59,718 nucleotides of DNA, taken from positions 1 through 59,718 of the forward strand of contig ADNK01001755.1 of NCBI GenBank assembly GCA_000320545.1. The letters run 5' to 3'. A program made the translations under genes and the position numbers. Shown piece after piece: positions 13,501 through 24,790 of the stretch. Source of the DNA: Bigelowiella natans CCMP2755. Taxonomy: Eukaryota > Protista > Cercozoa. Position 1 is the first letter of the stretch, and each line of letters starts with the position of its first letter. The notes beneath the pieces are model-generated. The model did not search any database. It worked only from the letters and a program-made list of their open reading frames with translations, and was not told where the DNA came from.

Positions 13501-14170
13501 CATAATACTACGATGATGTACATAGATAAACCATCGACAGTGCTATTGCTGATGCTGGTGTGAATGATGAGCATTGAATGTGAGGGGGGAGATTCTATCC
13601 GCTATTGGAAGTGACAATGTCCTTCTCCTCCTTGTTGCAATACGCCGTGATCTAGCTTCATTCACCTGCTTGCTGATACTGCTGCTACTACTTTCTCCAT
13701 CAGGCGTTTTGGCATTCTATTTCTTCCTGAGCGCGTTGTTTGTCATGTGAGTGCGGTGGGGCTAGCGGCGGGAGGATGATGACGATGATGATGATGATGA
13801 TGATGACGATGGTGATGGTAGCAATAATGGAGGCTCTCACTACTCGATGAGAGATGACGACGATGCACAACACAGCAGACACTACCATCATTGTCTTTGC
13901 ACCGTTGTTATTCAGGTTCTCCTTCCCTAACGGAGCTGTATTCGTTCTTGCCGGTCGGTCACCTAGGACAGCACGACATTGCATGCTGATGACGATGATA
14001 GCTCCTTTATTGATTTTTAAGTTGTGCTGCAATTATCAGCCAAAACCGCTTTCCAATTGATCAGTGTACTTTTTGCTTATATCAATGGTCTTTCTGTCCC
14101 TCGTCATCTTTCACCATACACAGGCTCCTTTGGCCTGGCGGATTCGGACACCTGTTTCATCTATCAGTGA
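10805..14170 (+). CDS. TMC-like (TMC/anoctamin/OSCA superfamily) multipass membrane channel
   Basis: LGKGVMWYFKFGR|FMVLYNTLL matches the TMC N-terminal GVxxYFxF...N pattern. EFILSQEYVELVYRQFLVHL|GFLLAPMMALFAVMATILEYGCDKYRLLRICHKPK matches the TMC-domain pattern. Several hydrophobic exons; last exon GSFGLADSDTCFIYQ* ends at 14170. Start approximate. Confidence 0.75.
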
Positions 14171-15184
14171 GCAGGGAAAGCGTGGCTAAGTTTATATCGT
14201 GCTATAATTGTTATCACCGCTACAACTTTGAATCTTGGATAATATGTTCGCGTACGTACGCGCTGTCGTCGTTGCTGTCGTGCGGCTATCGCACGTCTCA
14301 CCCATCAACGGAGACAACATCTCGCCTTCATTCAAGCATACGCAATTGTTACTGATTTAGATACTTGATTGAGTGCATGCTAGCATGTGTATATATCTAT
14401 AGCCTTTAAGGCTACATAGCGTTAACCACATATGTCTCAGGGAACATGTGTGCTTTTGACCCGGTACGCTCTATAGCCTTTAAGGCTATATGTGTACCAT
14501 GTGCGCGCAAAGCACTGCACTACTCTTGCGCCGTCAACAGCTATAGCGTCTAAATGAATGCATTGTGTCATTAGATGTAGCTCGTATTTGCATCTAGCTC
14601 TAGAGAGCTACACACATGCCTCATAGAACACTGGCGGAGTCATCGCGCATCGCTAATCAATCACGTATCACACTGTGCCCATAGCCAAGCTGTACCTACC
14701 GTGCGAACCTACGCATAGATAGATGCGTGCTCATAGCAGCGCACACTGATATCGATCGGTCGCACACGCATATTGTCATAGCTAGGCACGATATATGACG
14801 TATGTCTTTGTTGGGCATACTAACATTCGACTGGTAGTTGTTCAGTCGCACAAATAGGAATACGCACGAGTGCGCGTTGGCATACGTCATGCACTGTATG
14901 CATGCATTTGGATATGGCGATTCAAGACATGTGCGCCATGAATGGATATCGATGACGAAATACTGGTGGCTTTTGTTCAGTTGATAAAATCATACTCGGC
15001 GTTGATACGCGGTTAACTCTAGTTTGGCTATGGTCAAGAGCCATATATGCTATATACAGCATGGTACTTTTACAAGATTATTCTGTACACATGTCATCTT
15101 TGTCGACAACGGATGCGCTAATACGAATTGAATAGAACTTTCTGTTGGAGATTCTACGTTTTTGTCCCGTCTTCAAATGTTTCA

Positions 15185-15821
15185 TTAATGTGTGTAGTCG
15201 GAGCTGAAATTCCACGAATTTGGAGGCCAGATATTCCTTCCTGAAACCTAGAGATCATAAGCCACCAAAGACTAGTCATTTCTATTTCATAGCACATTTT
15301 AGCTGAAAGCGAGTTTAGCTTTCTGTCATGTATTACCTCCCCCGCACCACCGACACCCCATTTATCTGCCTTCTCTGCCCGTGCTTGAGCACCTGACACC
15401 GGTGAGAGCAGAATCATTCGTATTCGATAATGCATATCCAGGGCATGTATATGATGTGAATATTAGCCAGGAAAATCTATCGACTTGATGTCTCCTGGTG
15501 CCGATCGTAGGCCGAAGTGTCCGTGTAGATTTCGTAAGTGTAGATCTCATTGGGATTCTCTAGGTTTTGATACACGTCGAAGCTGAGGGAGGAGGGGAAG
15601 ACGGGAAGAGAAAGAGGCCCCTTATTAGCACACCAACAAGAAGCTGCAAGCGTGCAAAGCAATTTCGAGGAGATAGACGTCGGTACACATAACATGTGTA
15701 CGTGCATATGCATCCTATTCAGGAGTAGGTCAGGGAAGCAGCTGTACGAACCGAAGGCAGTCTGTTTCCTTACTCGCTTCTCCTACATTAATGTCGAGGG
15801 ATGGAAGGAAGGATCGTGAGC

Positions 15822-15914
<93 letters not shown>

Positions 15915-16019
15915 GAACTAAGCTTCCATTGTAAAGAGGAGCGACCTGCTTCTGCCAAAACGTGGGAAAGATATTCTGCTAGCATTTCGCTCTCGATTTC
16001 AACTCCGGAATGCCTACCG

Positions 16020-16073
<54 letters not shown>

Positions 16074-16414
16074 CCCAATGATGCACAGGCTACAGTGGAC
16101 GTTGTTGTTTGTGTACTCCTCGGTTTGCTGCAGGTCCAAGAAAACACGATGCACACCGACACTTGCCATACAGGATTGAGTTCGATCCTTCTCATTATTA
16201 TGATTTTCTTCTTCTTCTTCTTCTTCATCATCATCATCTTTCCTTCCTCTTCACTTGCTACCGGATATGTAGAGACCCGAACCCAGCGTCCAATTCGTTC
16301 TCAGGAACAAAACTGTCGAAGTTCGCATGCACAGGGTATAGAACCCGACAAAAAGAAACCACCTGATAAAATACAACAAAGCTACTTGTTATTCACTTCC
16401 CTGTCTTCTGGTCA

Positions 16415-16460
<46 letters not shown>

Positions 16461-17176
16461 AGGGGAGAATAATATGTGATCATGCGCCACGTTGGTTGCA
16501 CGGCGATGACGACGACGCAAATGGCATACCGGTTCCTCAACTTGTATGGATCTAGTGGTCTGATACCATTTGAGAAAATGCGGAGAGTTGACGTGGACAT
16601 CAAATGCTTCCTGAATGCAGTATATGTGTACCCAGTCGGTTAGATTTGAGTTTTACGTCTGGAAATAGGATTGCACGGCTGCTATGCAGAACGTGCCTTG
16701 TTGTCATAAGCTTCGGTGAAGGCAAACTTCGAGGACTCTGAGGAGTCTTGGATGACATCGAATCTGAATAACGGGGTGGGAAAAAGAAAGAAAATTAAGG
16801 TGACAAACCGGCCCAGTTCCTCTGCGATGCGAGCATGAGGAGGATGAAACAACGTCATTGATACCTACGGCAGCCTTCTTCCGTGACCACAGACCCCAAA
16901 CCGTCACTGATCGAGCATTCTACACATTCATCGAAAAGAACGTCATCTATCACGTGATCCTGCTACGTCATTTTCAAAGAAGCAGCAGCAGCAGCAGCAG
17001 CAGCCCATTCATTCGTTCATCCATTCCCCACTTCTTCTACCGATAAACTTGTCCAGGTGGTGCTCCTTGATGTGGTGCTTCACCATAACCATGTAGAGCT
17101 CGTTGTTGAGAAGCTTCATGTCTTCAGAGGCTTTAGGAGCCATCTGCGCTTGGCCCTGCATCCTGTTGATGTTCAT
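15185..17176 (-). CDS. Protein with two tandem ABM (antibiotic biosynthesis monooxygenase)/LsrG-like domains
   Basis: Domain 1: YMVMVKHHIKEHHLDKFI...SVVTEEGCR|FDVIQDSSESSKFAFTEAYDNK|EAFDVHVNSPHFLKW. Domain 2: EASKETDCLR|FDVYQNLENPNEIYTYEIYTDTSAYDRHQET. Both fit the ABM pattern ExGCxxFDVxQ...FxxxExY...H...H. Confidence 0.8.
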
Positions 17177-18204
17177 AGCCAGAACTGATCACGTATTACG
17201 TGGGCATTTAGGGGAATAGGCGACGAGGCTAATTTACCTCATGAGCGAGAGGGATGAGAGTGGGCGGTTGAAACCGCTGTGCAATGCGCGAATAAACGTC
17301 CTCATCTAAATGTTACGAAGGCTCGGTGAACATTAGGGCAGAGACGATCCGTTCCCCACCCCCAACCTAAATCCAAACCTAAAAGAGCTGCCACTGGAAA
17401 TATGGGTCGGGGTGCCAACGACGAAAGCAAAATGCATGGCATTTTCCCATGAAAATGTGCTGATTTCTAAGACGCAGGCTATTACTGCCACATCTAATCA
17501 CTCAAAGAAAATGGTAATGCTCCGCACCCGACTTTTATTATTTAGTCGCTATGAAAAGACGCATGCCGTTTTTGCTTGAGAAGGGTTTGTTTTTGTGTCT
17601 CAAGCAACTTCTTGGTTCGAGCACCGTGGCACCACAGAATTTATAGGTGGGTTCTTACAGCGGCTGGGGAGGTGTGCATGTCGCGAGTACTTGTTTCCTC
17701 TGTTGGAAGAGGTGCAGTTTGTTAGGAGAGATGTAGCACCAACTGTTTCTCATGGTTTCCCAGAAGCATGTTCAAGGCGACTAATTTGCGGTAAAAAATC
17801 GCTGCGACATGAGTCTGGACGCCGAATTCATTTTTCTGCAGAAAGGACTGACTATTGTGTCGGAGACTAGGAAGAACTTGTGTCGCAGAAGAATTCGCAT
17901 TTTCTCATCGTCACAACCAGATCCACCTGCCCGTCGTAGGCGAAGCAACGAAGATCCCCAACGCGGCCGTCCTTGCCGGTGACGTCGAGGTAACTCCTGC
18001 AGTTGTGAGTAGCATATATTCTACTGTCATTAAGTATTGCTCTCGCCCTGATTGTCAATGTAGGTCTTCTCCATCGTGCTGGTTCGGAACTTACAGCAGT
18101 GTGGGGTTAGGAACAAACCACTCGGGGATGGAGAGGAGGACTAACTTCCTGCTCAATATGCAGACTGTGGTAGTGCCAACAGAAAAGAATTAGTCTTCCG
18201 AGAC

Positions 18205-19561
18205 ATGAAAGTATTTCATTTGCTACAACATATTCTCGCACAGTCGATCCATTATTATCATTTTGTCACCATTCGAAAATTCTCGGGTGAATAATTCCGC
18301 CATTTCTGTTCCCATAGGTGTCAATAGTCTTTGCGATTGGAGTACTCACTTTGTGTCAAACTCTTTCTGGGCAATCATTATCATCTTCTCCACCACCACC
18401 TTCGTCTTCAATATCGGTATCCGCACTTGCTGCAGCTCGAGCTGGATCAGCTTCCACTTTGTCACAATTCTTCAAGACCAGAAGAAACAACCGAAGATCG
18501 ATGCCTTTTTCTTCTCCATACATACGAGGTCGTCTCCATCGTCTGTTATCGAACTGGCTACTACCCCTCTTATCTTACCAATAGCAGCATTGGTGCAGAA
18601 TTGCTTTCGGGAGCCTTCCTGATCAAATCCCTATTCCTTTTCTCAATGAGAATGGTCGTAGCAGTAGTTCAACATTACGCCTTTCCCCAGGTTCACTCGA
18701 TTCGAGAAGTACGCGCTGGAGATTCCCTCATCTATGCGGCGGGATGAGTAATGTAATCGCTAACATCTCATTATTCCTACCGTCTGAGCGATCACCTCAC
18801 CTATCTAAATTCTCTAGTTATAAACTTAAATTTTGTACCTCATCATCCACCTCTATCAAGGTGGTAGGCGCCACCGGTGAGAAAGTAGAGCTAGACCAGA
18901 ATAATGCAACAAAATCATCGCTGCAAGAAAGCAATGCAACGACATCAGATAGCGGCACAAAGCCTCTACCTGCTCTGCCCGCTCCAGACCCCAACAAAAA
19001 TGTAAGCAACTCCTTTCTTGTTCTATTAGGATTGATGAACGAGTGGTGCATTTTAGATGTCAGAAATTTCAATTGGACAATCAAAATCCTTCTACGAAGA
19101 AATGGGTGAGTAGGATCAAGTCGTGCGAAAAACTAGGGCATTTACTTATAATCTATTTTCTATTGGAAGGGCCACTCGTTATTAATGAGGATGGAACTAC
19201 GGGGTATCTTACAAATTGGAAAGAAATGACAGATCACGAGAAGGTAGTTTAATTTTTTCCGCAAATAAATGTCCAATGCATTTCTGCAGATATTCTCAGC
19301 GATATTATTATCATTTTCGTCTAATGTCGCTATTTGTATCACACTAAAATCAAAGAAAGCTGTCGTGAGAATTCTGATGAAGAGAAATCGGATTCGATAC
19401 GCAAATTTGACCGGAGGTAGTGCATGCATTGGCTTGTTGGCGAATCAGTAACACATTACTTATATGCAGAAACTGAACATCTAAATCAAGACGAGCTAAA
19501 ACGGCTGAGGGATAAGCAAGCTGATACGACAGATCCTAATAACCCGCTTGATGGCCTATGA
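18205..19561 (+). CDS. Conserved small hypothetical protein (GPLVINxDGT...NW.EMT family) with an N-terminal signal/transit-like leader
   Basis: C-terminal core LPALPAPDPN...EGPLVINEDGTTGYLTNWKEMTDHEK|KAVVRILMKRNRIR resembles a family of uncharacterised fungal/algal proteins as I recall it. The upstream exon VSIVFAIGVLTLCQTLSGQSLSSSPPPP...KTRRNNRRS is hydrophobic, then Ser/Arg-rich. Junctions in the leader are not fully resolved. Confidence 0.6.
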
Positions 19562-20284
19562 TTCTCAAATCAAATGTGCACGGCTTAATAGCCTGTTCCT
19601 CGTAGTCGATCACCCTGCTGATTCAGTAGACGTAAATGCATCTTTCAAAATTACTTATTAGTGATGCAATTAGGACTACTAGATGACTAGGTTGTCCGAA
19701 CTAGTGAATTGCGGGTGAAATTTTTAACATGTTGCACGTTGCATGAATTGTACATGCATTTTGTCTAGATCAAGAGATGTGTGTAACAAGGTTCACATCT
19801 AGATGTACGGCGCCTTTAGTTGCCGTAATTGTGGAATTTTGCGACAGCAGCGCTCACACTATGACTACTAGACTCTAGAGACCTAGAGACCATCGATGTG
19901 ATTCAATCGTCAATCATTACAAAAGAAATCAATGACCTGCAATGCATTGTCATTGTTGATCGCTAGATCAAACCATCATTGCACATCACAGCCTGCTCTA
20001 GTGCTGTCGTGTGTATGTGAATGAAGCAAGCTAGAACATGAACTTGATGCAATCGACATCGACATGTAGACATGCCATGTGACAAGCCTTGAGTGATCGT
20101 TGCGCCCGCGCTATAGCGCACATGCAAACAGCAGAATCACATAGTGTGCACAAACACTAGCTCGGCTTGGCTTGAGATGAAAGACGATGTCAAAATCGAA
20201 ATCCAATAGTTTTATTCCGTCGCATAAATCTAGAAAACTCGCCGATGAAAGATTAGAACAAACAATGAATACTCTTCTGGATGC

Positions 20285-23117
20285 TCAAACGCGCAATTCA
20301 TCTTCCAAATCTTTGTATTCAAAAGTAAAATCCTGCTTTACTCGTTCGCCCCTATTTTCCAAAGGGAACCAATATTTAGTGCAATTTTATAAAAGGATTA
20401 GAGTATTGCTTTATTAGTTTTCCACATATGAACACGTTAGGATTATCATTTCCAAGAAAGGTAGATTAATTCTTTACCATCCATTTTCATAGTCAAAGTA
20501 AACTATTTCCAAGGAGCCAATAGACAAGACAATGCTTGTTAGCAATGCAAGGATTGATAATTCGATCAGGAAGGTTTTCATTACCGTATGATCCACGTTC
20601 ATAAAGTTCCGTCGTCATCTAGGAAAAGTAATTGTGGCTTAGGCAACCCCCACAAAATTATGATGTCCCATCGCTTCCCTTTTCTCCAAAAAAAAAAATT
20701 ACCAATGGTGTGTCATGCCGCTGGAACCAGGTAAGATATTTCTTATGGTAGCGCCATGATAACCTTTTGAGCTCTCTGGCGGCGTAATACTGGTGTTGGG
20801 TTCCCTGGAGTATTGGAATCTGTTATCTTTTGAACTTATACGGAAAAATGAGTATTTTATCACCTGAGCGAAGTAGAAGATGAAGAAAAGGGTATCCGTC
20901 GAGAATTTCGTGAAAGTCTGTATGTTGCAACTCAGAGCAACCTTTTAGTCACGGAATGAATAAAAACCTTTGCATCATCGAAAATTGATGGTGGAATTTT
21001 GGGAAAAGACTCAGGCGTTCGATAGGGATTCCTGAGTAAATGTATCGATGAAATAACGATACTAATAAACTGGAAAATATTTCACCTTGGTATGTACACA
21101 CGCGGACGATCTGTGTCATTTACATTCGGTATACATTCCATGCTGGTTTTCAACAAACGTAGTTTGTCTTTATAATGACACTGCTTTAGAAAATTGTAAT
21201 CTTAGAACCTCAACTACATAAGACATAGGCATAGAGCATATTCTTACGTCAATTCCGATGTCATCTCTCGTTCCATTATCATTTGATCTCGTCGATACTC
21301 CATTCATTCTTTCCTTTCTGCCAAAACTCTCATAATTCCGAGGTGAAACAAAGTTTTTAGCTGAAATTGGAGAGTTGTATGCTCTGTTGGAAGTCATGTA
21401 AGAAAGATTTTCTGGAGGCATTGTGAGGCTTCCAGGATGAAGCTTCTTATCCCCAGGAATCTGGATCAAAATAAACCGCTGGGTGTGTATTACATTGTAA
21501 TAGAAATGCGATAATTTCTCTACCGGTTTCAAATCAAGCGTTGCTTCATTTGTGGAATTTTGTAGTCGATTCATGACAGGCGTCCAACCTGCTACGTCTT
21601 GCCCTGGGGACTTTTGACCCGCCGGCGGGCTAAACACTTTTGGGGCTCCCTGTTCGTTAGGATGGGATGGTGTCGATAGTTTTTCCATCGATTTATGTCC
21701 CCAGGCTGAATGAATATTTCCCGTCAAGGCTGTTGTTGGACTTTCCTGCACATGGAATCATGCATCAATTTATTTAGTTTCTTCTTCCTTAACAAGATCA
21801 TTGATTCCATTTTCAATAGACCTCATTCGGACGCTTAAGGCTTGGCCTCGTAAGTTCCCGGCTGTTTCTTTCTCTATTCTGCTTGCGCTTTAATATATCA
21901 TTTTTGGGGCGAACCTTCAATTTCTGACTCTTAGGTGAATTTGTAACGTGTACGCTGTAATCTTGCTGTCTGTAGTGAATAGTCGCTGTACTACCACCAC
22001 CTGCTCCTGTGCTAGAACCTGCCAATTGAGGTGGTTTCTCAGTCAAAGCGGTTTCCGCTTTTCCCTTTTCTGCTGATTCCCTCCTGCTTTCTTCTGAGTT
22101 TTCCTTGTCTTCGTCTTCAGAGTCGTCTTCATCTAATGCATCAAATAAGTATTCATAAAGAACAAAATCCGGATCTTGATTGGAATCCACATAATATTCC
22201 ACATCCTCGCGTATCTTGGCTACCTAATTGAATATTATGTATCTAGCGAAGGACAAATTTGTGTTCCAATTCCACTCTTCGAACCTTTTTAATTGTTATT
22301 TCCCCCCCTTTTAGACGCTTTGAAGTTATTTCTAATTGTTCAATGTGCCAGTTGTGCTGTTTGACTTTCTCGTGAAGTTCGTCAAATTGCCGTTTGCTAG
22401 CTTTACTTCCCCTCTGTAATATTGAACATTAAACATTGAACTTCTCATCGTCGCAGTAACTGCATCTACAAGCACGTCATGAGAAACAAGTCTGTTTTAA
22501 TGTATGTATTTATAGACATGAGGAGACAATTTTTGGCTCGACCTTGCCTTTTAAGCCAATAGTGTCCATTTGCTCTTCGAACTCTTCTAGCTGCTCGGTC
22601 AATCTTCTTTGAATTTCCTTTATCCATTTATAAGTTTCATCTCGCGGATCCTCCTTTTCTTTTTTCATTAATTTAGCCAAAGCTTTCTTAGTATATTGCT
22701 TTGTTTTGGATTCCTTTTCGAAAGTTTGAAACCGTTCCATTTCCCTTTCAATTAAGCTACGACTTTCTTCGAGAGAGGCTTTGTAGCTACTCACGTCGTT
22801 CGTTTGACACCATGATTTGATTTGCTCACGGTAACGCTGCAACTTCTTGATTTCTATTGGATGAGCAACAACCGTTACTAGGTAATGCCATTGACCCGTT
22901 AAATTCAATAATTCAATACCTTTCTTCAGTTCCATCTCATATTTGTTCTTAAGATTTGTTGAAGGGGCATTGTGAGCCTATGAATTTCTTTTCAGTGAGA
23001 TGAACTAAAGACACCAGAAATATCAACCTTTTCCCATGTCGTCTCAAATTCAGAAAGTCCTTCGGTCACCCGCTTCAGCAGGTTTCCAATGTTCTGCTTG
23101 TCCTTCCAATTGCTCAT
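20285..23117 (-). CDS. CNOT3: CCR4-NOT complex subunit 3 (Not3/Not5)
   Basis: Not3 N-terminal domain ([17 protein letters not shown]...KYEMELKK|[15 protein letters not shown]...[25 protein letters not shown]) and C-terminal NOT box ([12 protein letters not shown]|[30 protein letters not shown]...YFDYENGW|[19 protein letters not shown]). Confidence 0.95.
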
Positions 23118-23371
23118 AGAGTATGCTCAGGTTCGTATTGATGATTCTTTAACTAGAGATCGAGTTTTTATACAATCTGAAATCGAATCTGGTTAATTCC
23201 ATTGATACAATGTAAAATCTACTATGTATCTCATCATAAACGCAAGTTCGAGCGACTAACCCAATGCACAATGTGAAGAGCAGTAAGCAGTGAATCTGAT
23301 CCAAAATGTTCCTTTAGTTTTACTTTTTATCAAGCATGTGTGCTCTCCCTCAATTTTGCCCATCTAACTCT

Positions 23372-23720
23372 AGCTTTCGGATCAACTACAATGATGGTAG
23401 CAGATTCACCTTGGAAGAGCTTGATGGTTGAAAATCAGATTCACGTGGCAGCCATCTTTTTGGTAGAACAAGCTCTGCTTTGTATTTGTAGGATTTGAAG
23501 CGACTCGACCAACTTCATGTCGCATCTGTGAAATGTCGGGGATGTTGCGATGTAAAATTCAAGAAATTTCTTGCACGTGCGATTCCCGATTCCCGATCCA
23601 GAACAAAATTTCGTTCCCGAAATCGCGACGCGCTTCTTGAGGCTTTTCAGAGTTGTGACGTGACGAGCCATCATTCAGGTCATCAAGGAACAGATCCAAC
23701 GCGACGTGAGGTCCAATGAA
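23372..23720 (+). pseudogene. Intron-containing gene relic at the edge of a TpA-depleted tract
   Basis: AG/GT-bounded pieces FRINYNDGSRFTLEELD / DLKRLDQLHVASVKCRGCCDVKFKKFL / SCDVTSHHSGHQGTDPTR. Tyr disappears and Cys/His accumulate as the TpA-free zone begins. Confidence 0.35.
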
Positions 23721-24790
23721 ACACTGATGAACCTGAACGAAGTGAACACTTGGATTCAACCCGTGCAAGGTTCACGCACGTCCACACTGTGGTGTCAAAG
23801 CAACACGTTTTGAAGGTTCACGAACCAAGTTTTTGAACGATGATCGTTTGTGGTCGTTTTGCGGTCATCACACGACGTCGTGGAGCAAGTCACAGGGATC
23901 GTCATCGAGCATTGAAGACCAAGCTTCAATCGCATTGTTGTGTGTTCATCTCAGTTTTGTTTGACTGCAGTGGTGAGCTCGGTGTTGTCAAGTCAGCTTG
24001 TTGGCCAGGCTGTTGACAGTTGGAGCCAGTCAGCCAGGCAGTGAGGGATTGTTGTGACTTCCATGACTTGTCTGTGATGCTCGTGACGTTGCAAGACGCG
24101 ACCACTGATCTGATGACAGGGGATCTGCGATGATGGATCAAAGATCCTCTCAACCTCGCGCGCAAGCAGTTGGCAGTGCAAGTGCCAGAGTGTTTGTGAT
24201 GCATCGATCATTGCGTCATTGCACAACCATCAGACTTCCGTGCTGGGCTGGCCATCACTCCAGTGACCACACGCAAACACACGTGAAAAGATTCGATGCA
24301 TCGCATTTGCCTGCGTGCAACGGTGGGCATCTCGAGCAATCCAGCAATGCTGGAATGTGGTCCAGCAGTCTGTGCGCAAGTGCATCTTTCCAAGGTTTCA
24401 CACACATGCTGGCACGGACAATGAGGACCGGACTCGTCAGCATCCGATCGCATCATCCATTGACGCGTTCGCTGACATTGCCAATCTGTTGAATGAACGC
24501 TGTGATGTGCATTCACAGATTTGTGCATCTTGCACGTGTCTGCTGTGCCAAACATCATTGCTTTGCAGACAGAGCAAGCATCCTCCTCCTTGCAAGACTG
24601 AAAGATCGGGGGAACCATGATGATGTGCACACTTTGCAAATTGCCGGGTGTGATGAAGTGAAATTTCGAACCACGATGCAGTCAGCACACATCCCAAGAT
24701 TGGTCATCGTGTGAACAAAAAACCATTGACACATCCATGCGCATCATGTGCACATCAAGGATGCCTTTTCAATTTCCTTGTCGCAGTTCT
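23555..24790. other. TpA-free tract (probable hypermutated repeat or relic DNA)
   Basis: Line-by-line reading found no TA between 23553-4 and 24791-2 in roughly balanced base composition; TG and CA are abundant. Confidence 0.9.

Noticed and set aside
15801-16472. Long ORFs with poly-YI, HT, RE, M or L tracts (here and throughout)
   Set aside because: They are translations of intronic microsatellites or antisense of real exons.
18063-18082. GLLHRA motif suggesting IPP isomerase/Nudix
   Set aside because: It is only six residues; no downstream Nudix box or other supporting exons were found.
23926-24714. Dense overlapping ORFs in several frames (also 39246-40149 and 56532-57545)
   Set aside because: Loss of TA removes TAA/TAG stops, so ORFs arise passively. 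The products are Cys/His-rich with no recognisable domain.
23555-24790. Classical RIP or CpG deamination as the cause of the skew
   Set aside because: Those processes deplete CpA or CpG and do not remove TpA. Here TpA is lost while CA, TG and CG remain common.
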